Source: Acidimicrobiales bacterium | GTDB taxonomy: Bacteria; Actinomycetota; Acidimicrobiia; Acidimicrobiales; JBBSGY01 | Direction: 5' to 3' | Length of the DNA stretch: 64,000 bases | Assembly (NCBI GenBank): GCA_044220495.1 | Contig: JBGAQY010000010.1 | Coordinates: 8,126 to 72,125, forward strand | Shown here: one piece after another, positions 54,774 through 63,685 of the stretch | Position numbering within the stretch: position 1 is the first letter of the stretch | Layout of the letters: every line of letters starts with the position of its first letter | Notes under the pieces: model-generated | What the model was told of the DNA's origin: nothing | Database searches by the model: none | Seen by the model: the letters and a program-made list of their open reading frames with translations, nothing else | Translations under genes and position numbers: made by a program

Positions 54774-55556
54774 CTAAGACTGAGGGAAAAGCTCGAGGCC
54801 GAGCCTGACGGCAGCTTCGACGGGCGAATAGTTGCCGTCGCTCCGTTCTAGGTTGAGCTCATCTTTCGACACGAGCCCTGGCTGGCTCATGAAGCGAGCG
54901 GAATCTCCGTGGTGGGCCTGAGCCGCATGCACAAGGAATGGATGACACAAGTAAACGTCGCCCGCTCGTCCGACGACGTAATCGACAGCGCAATCATCCG
55001 AGGCGGCATCGGCAAGTTTCGCCAGTTCGTCGAACGTAAGACCGTTCTCGCCCCGCTGAGCCAATAGGCGGGGCACTCGCAAGTGTGAACCGACCCGCAG
55101 GCGAGTGGGGGCATCATTCATACCCACATCCGAGAAAAGAAAAAGCATCAGCAGTGCGCGCCCTCGTGAAACGAGGTTGACGCTCCAGGCGCCGTGATCG
55201 TTCTCGAAACTCGCATCGAGGTGCCAACCTGTGTCACCAGCACCGGCCTCGCTTGGAAATCGAATAACAAAGTTCCCTGGGTCACTTCGTGGCCACCACC
55301 GATCGACGCCCACCAACTGATCGAACGCCGAACGCAGACTCTCGGTTCGCACGGCTTCAGCGAACAGCGGCCCGTCACCGCTGAGGTGAACTACAGGCTC
55401 AACCCAGGTCGACTTGTCAGACTCGCTCTTGCCCATTTGTGTCCACAAAGCAGCCCGCAATGCGGCCGCTAACTCGCTCGGGAAAGCTTCATCGACTCGC
55501 ACATAGCCGTTGCGAACAAACGCATCAACCTGCTCACGCGTCAGCACCCCTCGCAT
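54774..55556 (-). CDS. Phytanoyl-CoA dioxygenase (PhyH) family Fe(II)/2-oxoglutarate oxygenase
   Basis: 260 aa. N-terminus LTREQVDAFVRNGYVRVDEAF, a WHLD (HxD) iron motif and a distal His (CHPFLVHAA). Confidence 0.65.
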   Translation of the reverse strand: MRGVLTREQVDAFVRNGYVRVDEAFPSELAAALRAALWTQMGKSESDKSTWVEPVVHLSGDGPLFAEAVRTESLRSAFDQLVGVDRWWPRSDPGNFVIRFPSEAGAGDTGWHLDASFENDHGAWSVNLVSRGRALLMLFLFSDVGMNDAPTRLRVGSHLRVPRLLAQRGENGLTFDELAKLADAASDDCAVDYVVGRAGDVYLCHPFLVHAAQAHHGDSARFMSQPGLVSKDELNLERSDGNYSPVEAAVRLGLELFPQS

Positions 55557-55585
55557 AACCCGACCTTAACGCTGACGCCCAACCC

Positions 55586-55654
55586 CATTTGGACCAAGCG
55601 GTATAGCCAGATCGGGCAGATCCGCCTCGTTTGGTCGTTTCGCATAGTTGAAAG
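55586..55654. repeat. Palindromic intergenic element, degenerate copy f
   Basis: The right arm TTTGGTCGTTTCGCATAGTTGAAAG is family-typical. The left arm matches copy e at 14 of 20 positions. Confidence 0.55.
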
Positions 55655-55731
55655 CGGCACAGGCCTCGACGAGAGCGGGAGCGCCACTGTCAGGGGCCGC
55701 GTAAACAGCCCCTGAACTGGAGTTTTATGGG

Positions 55732-55806
55732 TCGGGCTGACAGGATTTGAACCTGCGACCCCCGGTCCCCCAGACCGGTGCGCTAACCAAGCTGCGCCAC
55801 AGCCCG
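55732..55806 (-). tRNA. tRNA-Pro (anticodon GGG)
   Basis: 75-nt cloverleaf folded by hand: acceptor CGGGCTG/CAGCCCG, D stem GCGC/GCGC, anticodon stem CCGGT/ACCGG with loop CTGGGGG, T arm GCAGG-TTCAAAT-CCTGT, discriminator A. CCA is not encoded. Confidence 0.9.
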
Positions 55807-55918
55807 ATGGTCCTCACTTGGATACCCCGTCATCAGATGTTTGACGAGCCCAAGGAGGCGAGCCTGATCGTAGACGACGAATAGGGCCAGTCGGATCAGA
55901 ACTCGATCAGCACAACAC

Positions 55919-56074
55919 CTAAAACCAGTGCCCAAACATCCAGATAATGAGTTGCACCAACCGGAAAAGCATGTAGAGCACGAAGGCCAGCAACAGAAGC
56001 TTGAAGTGCCACGGCGTCGACTCGTACTCGTCGTCGACGCTCGAGTCGTCTACTTCGTCAGGCGCGCGTTCCAT
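55919..56074 (-). CDS. Candidate 51-aa small membrane protein downstream of der
   Basis: MERAPDEVDDSSVDDEYESTPWHFKLLLLAFVLYMLFRLVQLIIWMFGHWF. The ATG shares one nucleotide with the der stop (TGATG). One TM helix. Confidence 0.4.
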   Translation of the reverse strand: MERAPDEVDDSSVDDEYESTPWHFKLLLLAFVLYMLFRLVQLIIWMFGHWF

Positions 56075-57435
56075 CACTCGCCGCGTTGACGCACGCGCAG
56101 CTTCAATGGACTCGGGCCGAAGTTGAAGTGTTCGCGCAGCTTGCGTTCGAGGTAGCGCAGATACGTGTGGTGCAACGCGCGGTTTGTAAACAAGATGAAA
56201 GTTGGCGGTTCGGTCGCGCCTTGCATTGCGTAAAAGATCTTGGCCCCGGGGGCGGCATGACTTAACTGCGCGTCACGAATCACTTTGGTGACTTCGGTTG
56301 TCGAAATACGGGTCGTGTACGCGTCGATCGCTTGATGCACAGCGGGCATGAGTTTGTGAACGCCCTTTCCACTAAGCGCGCTGATCTTCAAAACGGGCGC
56401 GTAGCCAACGAACCCAAGGCGCTTGTCTAACTCAGCCATAGCTGCCACGCGTTGTTCGGCGTCGAGAAGTTCCCACTTGTTGAGAACAATCACCACTGGC
56501 TTACCCGAAACATCAATTCGCTCTGCCAGACGTTGGTCTTGGTGAGTAACGCCCTCGGTTGCGTCGATCACCAACGCAACAACATCGCACGTGTCGATCG
56601 CCTGCAGTGCGCGCACCATCGAGTAGTACTCAGGGCCATCGTCGACGCGTGACTTGCGACGCATGCCGGCCGTGTCGAGAAAACGAACCGGGCCATCTTC
56701 GGTCTCAACGACTGTGTCGACGGTGTCTCGAGTGGTGCCGGCCATGTCGTGCACAACCGCACGATCATCGCCCACCATCCGATTGAACAACGTCGACTTG
56801 CCAACGTTTGGACGACCAACAATGGCGATCGCCGGCTCGTCTTTGGCCGTTGCTCGTTTGACTTCAAGAGTTGGTTCCCAGCGGGGAATGGCAGCCACGA
56901 TTTCATCGAGCACATCGCCGGCGTTGCGTCCGTGCAGCGCGCTGAACGCGATCGGGTCGCCAAAGCCAAGCTTTGCGAATTCCCACATATCAAACTCGCG
57001 ACGGTCAGAGTCGATCTTGTTGACAATCAGCATGGTGGGAATGCCGAGCTTGCGAACCCAACGCGAAGCCATCTCATCTTCACCAGTTACACCGACAGTT
57101 CCGTCGACGACGAACAAGATCAGCGACGCTTCGCGTGCCGCCTTTTCAGCCTGAAGGCTGACTTTGCTTTCGAGCGAGTCTTTGCCCGAAAGCCATCCCC
57201 CCGTGTCGACAAGGTCGAAGCTGGTGTTTGCCCAGTCAATGCTGACCGTTTTGCGATCGCGAGTAACGCCAGGCTGCTCTTCAACAATCGCCTCTCGCCG
57301 GCCGAGAAACCGGTTAACCAAGGTCGACTTACCCACATTGGGACGACCAACGACAGCAACTATTGGCTTGTTCGTTGCGGTCGGTTCGACCTCGGGCGTC
57401 TCGTCGCTAGTCATCGCATCAAGGGTATCGGTCAT
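56074..57435 (-). CDS. der: Ribosome-associated GTPase Der (EngA)
   Basis: Two tandem G domains (GRPNVGKST twice, DTGG/DTAG, NKID/NKWE) plus a KH-like C-terminus. Confidence 0.9.
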   Translation of the reverse strand: MTDTLDAMTSDETPEVEPTATNKPIVAVVGRPNVGKSTLVNRFLGRREAIVEEQPGVTRDRKTVSIDWANTSFDLVDTGGWLSGKDSLESKVSLQAEKAAREASLILFVVDGTVGVTGEDEMASRWVRKLGIPTMLIVNKIDSDRREFDMWEFAKLGFGDPIAFSALHGRNAGDVLDEIVAAIPRWEPTLEVKRATAKDEPAIAIVGRPNVGKSTLFNRMVGDDRAVVHDMAGTTRDTVDTVVETEDGPVRFLDTAGMRRKSRVDDGPEYYSMVRALQAIDTCDVVALVIDATEGVTHQDQRLAERIDVSGKPVVIVLNKWELLDAEQRVAAMAELDKRLGFVGYAPVLKISALSGKGVHKLMPAVHQAIDAYTTRISTTEVTKVIRDAQLSHAAPGAKIFYAMQGATEPPTFILFTNRALHHTYLRYLERKLREHFNFGPSPLKLRVRQRGE

Positions 57436-57470
57436 CGTTCAGTCCAGGGTCAAGGTTCAAGGGTGAGAGG

Positions 57471-58925
57471 TTAAGAATGAGAATGCGCCGACATCGCCGG
57501 CGTTTTGATGGTGAGCGCGTTGCGCAGAGACACGCCGTCAGTGGCAACAATCTCGACCGGGCGAGGTAAATCAGCCGGAGTCAGGCCGTCGAGGAACTTG
57601 CCACCAGAAAGACAGACATCGGGCAGCAAATAACGGTGGCCCTGCGGCTCATTGGCGAGTGTGCGAGCAATGTCTTCGCCGACCATCAATCCAGTGACGC
57701 CGATGTTCCCACCAAAGAACTTGTTCTCTACCGTGATGATACGGACGTTGGCACCGCTTTCTGAACGCAGGTATCCCAACAAAGGTTCGAGCACCTGCGC
57801 ACCATAACGACCGGTGAGAATGCCGACCGGCGCAGTCTTGCGCGGCAGCAACGTGACTGATCCAGGGTTTTGTTCTGCGAGCCGAGGTGCCCGATAGCCC
57901 TCGGCTGGCGCGTCGACCGATGCAAAGAATCCGGTCTGCACACCAATTGCATCGTCCGACAAACCAATCACTTCAGCCTCGAACGCACGGGCCATGCCGA
58001 TGCCGTCTTCGTGCATCTTGAAACCCTCGTAGGTTTCAGCGCTTGGAAATGGGCGCTTGGCGAGGAGGTAGTACTCGTCGGCGGCAAACACCATGCGATG
58101 GCCGAGGCAATTGAGGAAGGTCGACTGCCAACGCTCAACAATGTCGACAACGCGCTGCGCTTCGGCCAGCGTGTGTGGACGCATTGCCGCCTCTTTCGAG
58201 TAGCGACTCACACCAAGCGGAACTACAGCAACGTTTGCCATGTCGGGATACTCATCGAGCACTCCTGCAAGCGTGTCGTCGAGGATGTCACCGTCGTTTA
58301 CACCCGGACACACAACGACTTGTCCGTGCACTTCTATTTTGTTGTTCAGTAGTTCGCGCAACCAACGCAAAGAAGTGGCGCCGCGCCGATTGCGCAACAT
58401 GCGAGCGCGAATGTCGGGGTTGGTTGCGTGAATCGAAACGTAGAGCGGCGACAGTCGCTCGGTGATTACACGCTCGAGGTCGGCCTCTGTAAAGCGCGTG
58501 AGCGTGGTGAAGTTTCCGTACAAAAACGAGAGGCGGTAGTCGTCGTCTTTTGTGTAGAGAGACTTACGCATGCCCGGCGGCAACTGATAGATGAAACAAA
58601 ACTCGCAGTGGTTGTCGCACGTGCGAATCTGATCGAATAACGCTGAGTGCACCTCGATGCCAAGTGCTGCATCGTCGGCCTTTTCGACCTCGAAGGCGAG
58701 CTGCAATCCCCCACGGCTCACTTCGATTTCGAGCTCGGGTTCGTCAGTCAGCAACTGGTATTGGATGATGTCGCGCGGCGACTGTCCATTGATGGACACC
58801 AGCTCATCGCCTACCTCGATTCCCGAGAGAGCAGCGGGAGATCCAGGCGCGACAGAAATCACCCTCGGGAACGACATAAGCCACCAGCCTAGGCCGTAGC
58901 CTCCGCTATCCCCACATGAGGCCAT
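57471..58925 (-). CDS. DUF512 radical-SAM-related protein with N-terminal PDZ domain
   Basis: PDZ (GSPAALSGIEVGDELVSING), Cys cluster CDNHCEFCF, and YRLSFLYGNFTTLT. The start is possibly Met 58877. Confidence 0.8.
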   Translation of the reverse strand: MASCGDSGGYGLGWWLMSFPRVISVAPGSPAALSGIEVGDELVSINGQSPRDIIQYQLLTDEPELEIEVSRGGLQLAFEVEKADDAALGIEVHSALFDQIRTCDNHCEFCFIYQLPPGMRKSLYTKDDDYRLSFLYGNFTTLTRFTEADLERVITERLSPLYVSIHATNPDIRARMLRNRRGATSLRWLRELLNNKIEVHGQVVVCPGVNDGDILDDTLAGVLDEYPDMANVAVVPLGVSRYSKEAAMRPHTLAEAQRVVDIVERWQSTFLNCLGHRMVFAADEYYLLAKRPFPSAETYEGFKMHEDGIGMARAFEAEVIGLSDDAIGVQTGFFASVDAPAEGYRAPRLAEQNPGSVTLLPRKTAPVGILTGRYGAQVLEPLLGYLRSESGANVRIITVENKFFGGNIGVTGLMVGEDIARTLANEPQGHRYLLPDVCLSGGKFLDGLTPADLPRPVEIVATDGVSLRNALTIKTPAMSAHSHS

Positions 58926-58962
58926 TCGCGACCGACCCCCAGCCGACTGGGACGAAAGCCCT

Positions 58963-59030
58963 TTTCACCCACGCGAGAAAGACCAGATCCGGGCCCATGG
59001 GGCTCGATTCTGGTCTTCTCGCGTAGGTGA
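58963..59030. repeat. Palindromic intergenic element, copy g
   Basis: TTTCACCCACGCGAGAAAGACCAGA ... TCTGGTCTTCTCGCGTAGGTGA. Confidence 0.8.
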
Positions 59031-59053
59031 GTTCAGGCGGGCTGAGTGGGCCG

Positions 59054-60694
59054 CTAGTTGCGGATGGTGACCGCCGAGCTCTGAGCCGAGCTGCCACCAG
59101 CGGTAGTCACGGAGACGCTGTAGATGTAGTTGAGCCCTCCGATAAGGCCGTCATTGTTGAACGTGTTGGTTGTCGACGTGGCGATGGGAACTCCAGCGCG
59201 GTAGATCGTGTAGTACTTCGCTCCACTAACGGTGTTCCACGTCAGCGTGATGTGCGATGCCGTCACCGTGGTTGCTCGCAGTCCCGTCGGCGCGACTGGA
59301 GGCTGCGGCTTCGCCGTCGTCGTGGTCGGCTTGATAGTCGTGGTCGGTTTGATAGTCGTGCTCGGCTTGATCGTCGTAGTCGGCTTTGCGGTCGTTGGAG
59401 ACGTTGATGGCTTTGCGGTAGTTGGCGATGTCGACGGCTTGGTTGTCGTCGTAGTTGGCTTGACGGTCGTGCTCGTCGCTGGCGTGCTGGCAGTTCCGCC
59501 GAATGGCTGCAACACAACGCCCGCGCTCTTCGGCGAACCGCTGTGCACCAAAGACTCTTGGTGTGTCACGTCGTCGAATGCAAAGCCATAAGCCTTGCCA
59601 TCGACCATGTGGTCGTGAATGATCGCCGAGTAGTGGTTGGTCAGAGTTTGGTTGTAGAACTTCGACGCATCAGCAACCGGTTCCACCAAAGACGTACCAA
59701 GCGTGCCGCGCTGCAGGGCCGCGCAAAGCGTGCGGGCGATTGGTCCCGCAGTTAAGTCGTTGGGCGCAAGGATGTTGCCATCGCAGTCCCAAACATCAGA
59801 CGTGCTCGGCTTGGTGAATTGCGCAACTTGCGCGCCTGACGTGTTGGTGAATGACATCACGTTGCCTGACGTCCGTCCGAAGAATTTGATCGATGGTTGG
59901 TCTTCGAAAGGAACGACAGTGAGCGTCTTTGCGCTGTAAGCACTCCACGCCGATGAGATGTAGGGGTCTAGGTATGTTGCGCTCATCAAGCCCGCATCAG
60001 TTGCTTTGCCAGGTGCAAGCACGCGCACGACATTTCCATTGCCGTCGGTTATCACGGTTTTGGAATAGCCCGGCACCTGCTTGATGAGATCGATAACTTG
60101 TTGACGTCCACCACCTACCAAGTCACCTGTTTTGGTGAACACGCCCGACTGATCGGTGACGTTGACTTGATGCGGGATTGCGAACTGGTCGACTTGCGAT
60201 GAGTTCAACCACAAACCCGAATCGTTGTATGTGAACTCCGACCAATCGAAGAGCTTGGTTGCGTTCTTGTCGGCCGGACTCCACGGAGCGGGCTGAACCA
60301 GACCGGCGTCGACGAGCGAGAAGTTCAGTTTCTGACCGATGGAAAAGTACAGACGACCCGACAAGTTCTTTGGGATGTTGATCGTCGTCGTAGCACCCGT
60401 TGTTGGGCCCGCTATCGAAACGTCAGGAGCGGCAACCAGCGTCGGACCGCCCGGCAAAGACCACGGTGTGAACCTGCCCGCTGAGTTCACGTAACCAAGC
60501 TTGTTGGAGTTCAGGTCGACCCCCAACATGTAGAGGTAAACCGGGCCCGCCTGCCCCGAGTTATTGGTCACCTTGAGCGGCAGTATGTCGAGCGTTGCTG
60601 CATCGGCGTCGATCTGGCCAAAAGCCGAAACGGCGAGCAGGGCAGCGGCCGCAAGCGACGCGCATTTCTTGAGGTGCCGGCGGGGCAATTTCAT
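59054..60694 (-). CDS. Secreted GH64-like beta-1,3-glucanase with Thr/Pro linker and C-terminal fibronectin type III domain
   Basis: Signal peptide. FDWSEFTYNDSGLWLNSSQVDQFAIP and AYGFAFDD resemble GH64 (thaumatin-like fold) glucanases. The linker has KPTTTI/TAKPSTSP repeats. The FN3-like tail reads APTGLRATTVTASHITLTW...YTIYR. Confidence 0.7.
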   Translation of the reverse strand: MKLPRRHLKKCASLAAAALLAVSAFGQIDADAATLDILPLKVTNNSGQAGPVYLYMLGVDLNSNKLGYVNSAGRFTPWSLPGGPTLVAAPDVSIAGPTTGATTTINIPKNLSGRLYFSIGQKLNFSLVDAGLVQPAPWSPADKNATKLFDWSEFTYNDSGLWLNSSQVDQFAIPHQVNVTDQSGVFTKTGDLVGGGRQQVIDLIKQVPGYSKTVITDGNGNVVRVLAPGKATDAGLMSATYLDPYISSAWSAYSAKTLTVVPFEDQPSIKFFGRTSGNVMSFTNTSGAQVAQFTKPSTSDVWDCDGNILAPNDLTAGPIARTLCAALQRGTLGTSLVEPVADASKFYNQTLTNHYSAIIHDHMVDGKAYGFAFDDVTHQESLVHSGSPKSAGVVLQPFGGTASTPATSTTVKPTTTTTKPSTSPTTAKPSTSPTTAKPTTTIKPSTTIKPTTTIKPTTTTAKPQPPVAPTGLRATTVTASHITLTWNTVSGAKYYTIYRAGVPIATSTTNTFNNDGLIGGLNYIYSVSVTTAGGSSAQSSAVTIRN

Positions 60695-60803
60695 GGTGAA
60701 ATCCTTCGTTCAAAAGTGCGTCCCGCCTGTTTGTCCAAGGTACCGACGGCTCTACTGGGGGTCAACGGTTCACCGTGTCGAGGTTCTGAATCGGCGAATC
60801 CTC

Positions 60804-60874
60804 TTTCAAGTACCCAAGAAGCCCAAAACACGGTCTGTTCCAGCCAGGTTTTGGGCTTCTGCGGTAGGTGAAAG
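60804..60874. repeat. Palindromic intergenic element, copy h
   Basis: TTTCAAGTACCCAAGAAGCCCAAAAC ... GTTTTGGGCTTCTGCGGTAGGTGAAAG. Same subfamily as copy a. Confidence 0.85.
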
Positions 60875-60955
60875 GTGGTCGGTGGACTTGTGCGCAGCAA
60901 GCTGCGCAGTGCAGGCCGATCCGGATAGACCCGACCGGCCGATAACCTTTGGGTA

Positions 60956-61999
60956 ATGGCCGTCGAAAAAGTGTTGCTTGCTGAACCCCGCGGCTTCTGT
61001 GCCGGTGTCGAAATGGCTATCAAGGCCCTCTCGTGGATGGTCAAGATTTTCGAGCCGCCGGTGTACTGCTACCACGAGATCGTGCACAACCGCATCGTCG
61101 TCGATCGGTTTCGCCAGCTCGGTGTGATCTTCGTGAATGACATCGCCGAAGTGCCGGCCGGCGCGCCGGTGATGCTCAGCGCGCACGGTTCAGCTCCTGA
61201 AGTTGTTGCGCAATCGCACGCAACAGCCGGCGTCAGCGTAAATGCCGTTTGTCCGCTCGTGACCAAGGTGCATCACGAACTCAAGGTGCGCGCACGCAAG
61301 GGGTACACCGTTGTTTACATAGGCCACGAAGGGCACGACGAAGCAATCGGCACACTGGCAGTTGCACCAGAAGCAGCACGACTTGTCGAGACGCGCGCTG
61401 ACGTCGAGGCGCTCGCTGATCCCGGTACGCCCGTTGCGCTGCTCGCGCAAACGACGCTCAGCCACGACGATTGGGCCGACGTTCTCGCGGCAACCAAAGA
61501 ACGTTTCCCCGATTTGTGGATGCCCGGCAAAAGCGATCTTTGTTTTGCAACAACCAACCGACAAGGAGCGTTGCGCGCTGTCGCTGCGGAAGCCGATGCG
61601 GTTGTCATTGTTGGTTCATCGAATTCGTCGAACACCGTTGCTCTCGAGAAGGTTGCTCGCAACATGGGCATTGAGCGCGTCATGCGCGTCAATGAAGCCG
61701 GCGAGATCCCCAACGACCTAACAGGCACGGTTGCTGTCACTGCGGGGGCATCGGCGCCCGATGAGCTAGTGGAAGCCGTACTCGACAAACTGGCGCCCGC
61801 TCAAGGTGTCACACCAGTGCGAGTTACAGAAGAGGATGAGTACTTCCCTCCCCCGCGAGAACTTCGCGATCTAATTGGGGCGTTGTCGACAGCGCTGACC
61901 ACCGGTCTTGGTGCCAACGACTCTGCTGTGCACCCACTAGCTGATGATCGCCGCACCGGAGCGAGCGAAGTGCTCGCCGGTTTGGCGCACAGCAGTTAA
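60956..61999 (+). CDS. ispH: 4-hydroxy-3-methylbut-2-enyl diphosphate reductase
   Basis: LAEPRGFCAGVEMAI, HEIVHN and SAHG motifs, typical of IspH/LytB. Confidence 0.9.
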   Translation: MAVEKVLLAEPRGFCAGVEMAIKALSWMVKIFEPPVYCYHEIVHNRIVVDRFRQLGVIFVNDIAEVPAGAPVMLSAHGSAPEVVAQSHATAGVSVNAVCPLVTKVHHELKVRARKGYTVVYIGHEGHDEAIGTLAVAPEAARLVETRADVEALADPGTPVALLAQTTLSHDDWADVLAATKERFPDLWMPGKSDLCFATTNRQGALRAVAAEADAVVIVGSSNSSNTVALEKVARNMGIERVMRVNEAGEIPNDLTGTVAVTAGASAPDELVEAVLDKLAPAQGVTPVRVTEEDEYFPPPRELRDLIGALSTALTTGLGANDSAVHPLADDRRTGASEVLAGLAHSS

Positions 62000-62015
62000 C
62001 CGTCAGCGATCACGG

Positions 62016-63020
62016 TTAGCCAGCGACGCGCACTTCGCGTGGCTGCGATAGCAATAGGCGCTCGACCGACTCGCGATCAGGCAACGCCGAGTGTCCGCCC
62101 GGCTTGCTCACGCACAAAGCTGCCGCAGCCGAAGCGAAATGCCCGGCCTTGAGCAGATGAGTCCAGTTGTAGTTGCCGGCCGATTGCGACGTCAGCCCCA
62201 CGGCAAAGGCTCCGGCATAAGCGTCGCCGGCGGCTGTCGTGTCGATGGCATTTACCGAGAAGGGTTCGATCAAAGCATGCTTGCCGCGAATCGCAACCAT
62301 CGAGCCGTGTTCACCCATCGTTACGACGACTGCTTTCGGCCCGAGTCTGAGAATGCGTTTGCACACTTCAACACCGGCTGGTCCGGTCACGCCGTTCATG
62401 TCTGCCAACAAAAGTGCTTCAGACCAGTTGATCAACAGCACGTCAACCTTTGACAACAGTTCTTTGCCGAGTGCCTTCACGCCTTCGACGGTCGGCAGCG
62501 GTGTCGCGTTGAGCAGCACCGGAACGTTGCGCCCAACGGCCATGGCAACGACTTGCTTGACTGTCGCCAGCGGAACTTCAAGCGTCGCGAACAATAAGTC
62601 GGCGCCAAAGATCGTCGAATCAGCCTTGCGGATCTGCGCCATGCCAACACGCGAGTTTGCGTTCGACGACGCGACCGTTCGACGATCGCCATGATCGTCA
62701 ATGACAACCTGCTGAATGCCGGTAGCTGTGTCGGGGATGCGATCTACCAACCGCAACGACACGCCAGCATCTTTGAGCACACCAACAATCGTTTCGCCCA
62801 AGAAGTCATCGCCGACACAACCAACTAGATCAACAAAGCGCCGACCAAGTTTCACCGCAGCGACAGCTGCACTCGCGCCACGCCCACCAGGGCCCACGCC
62901 ACCCGCCGACGCCCACACCATCGGCGCATCGACTTCCGCATGAGCAGGTGTCCACGATCGAACATCAACCGCAATGCCGCCGAGAAAGACCAGCGTTTCG
63001 ACGTAGGGACGACCCGTCAT
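62016..63020 (-). CDS. PfkB-family carbohydrate kinase (ribokinase-like)
   Basis: GG motif near the N-terminus and the C-terminal anion-hole motif DTTAAGDAYAGAF. Confidence 0.75.
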   Translation of the reverse strand: MTGRPYVETLVFLGGIAVDVRSWTPAHAEVDAPMVWASAGGVGPGGRGASAAVAAVKLGRRFVDLVGCVGDDFLGETIVGVLKDAGVSLRLVDRIPDTATGIQQVVIDDHGDRRTVASSNANSRVGMAQIRKADSTIFGADLLFATLEVPLATVKQVVAMAVGRNVPVLLNATPLPTVEGVKALGKELLSKVDVLLINWSEALLLADMNGVTGPAGVEVCKRILRLGPKAVVVTMGEHGSMVAIRGKHALIEPFSVNAIDTTAAGDAYAGAFAVGLTSQSAGNYNWTHLLKAGHFASAAAALCVSKPGGHSALPDRESVERLLLSQPREVRVAG

Positions 63021-63682
63021 TTCGCCGCCGCCGGCGATCGCCCTTCGGCCTCGTCAAAGAGCTGCTGCAGTCGGGTGCGCAAGTTTTCGGAGGCATCGCG
63101 AATCGAAGATCGCGCAACGCGTCGCGCCTCGCCATCTTGGGATGGAACGGCGGCGATTGGTTCACCGATGATCACACGAAGCTTGGCCGGCTTTAGAACA
63201 AAGCTGCCTTTACGATTCGCTTTTTCTGATCCACCGATACCAACAGGCACAATCGGCACGCCGGCTCGCAGAGCGAGATACGCAGCGCCCTCTTGAACTT
63301 CTTCAACAACTGGGCCCGACTTACGTCCGCCTTCGGGAAAGAGCACAAGAGGGTGACCGTCATTGAGTACGTCGATGCACATGCTTAGCGACTGACGATC
63401 AGGAGCACCGCGATTAACACTTATGGCGCCCATTGCAATGAACAGTTGACCGAGCCAGTGGTACTTGAAGATCTCGGCTTTGGCGAGATATCGCATGCGC
63501 CGTGTCGTAAAGATGACCGTCAAAGGACCGTCGATATTCGACCTATGCACTGGGCACAACAGGAAGGCGCCCTCGGTGGGAACATTTTCGCGTCCGGTTA
63601 TTTCAGCTCGCCATAGGAAGCGAGCAAGCAGGCCGACAATGACGCGCGCCGCAGCGTAAGCCCACCAACCGACGCGCTGCAT
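63017..63682 (-). CDS. plsC: 1-acyl-sn-glycerol-3-phosphate acyltransferase
   Basis: HxxxxD motif (VHRSNID) and the FPEGGR box. Overlaps the downstream kinase gene. Confidence 0.8.
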   Translation of the reverse strand: MQRVGWWAYAAARVIVGLLARFLWRAEITGRENVPTEGAFLLCPVHRSNIDGPLTVIFTTRRMRYLAKAEIFKYHWLGQLFIAMGAISVNRGAPDRQSLSMCIDVLNDGHPLVLFPEGGRKSGPVVEEVQEGAAYLALRAGVPIVPVGIGGSEKANRKGSFVLKPAKLRVIIGEPIAAVPSQDGEARRVARSSIRDASENLRTRLQQLFDEAEGRSPAAAK

Positions 63683-63685
63683 TGA

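Noticed and set aside
55732-55806. tRNA-Pro as the attachment site of the integrase at 32324-33379.
   Set aside because: The two are 22 kb apart, with conserved housekeeping operons between them. No partial duplication of the tRNA 3-prime end was noticed in the window.
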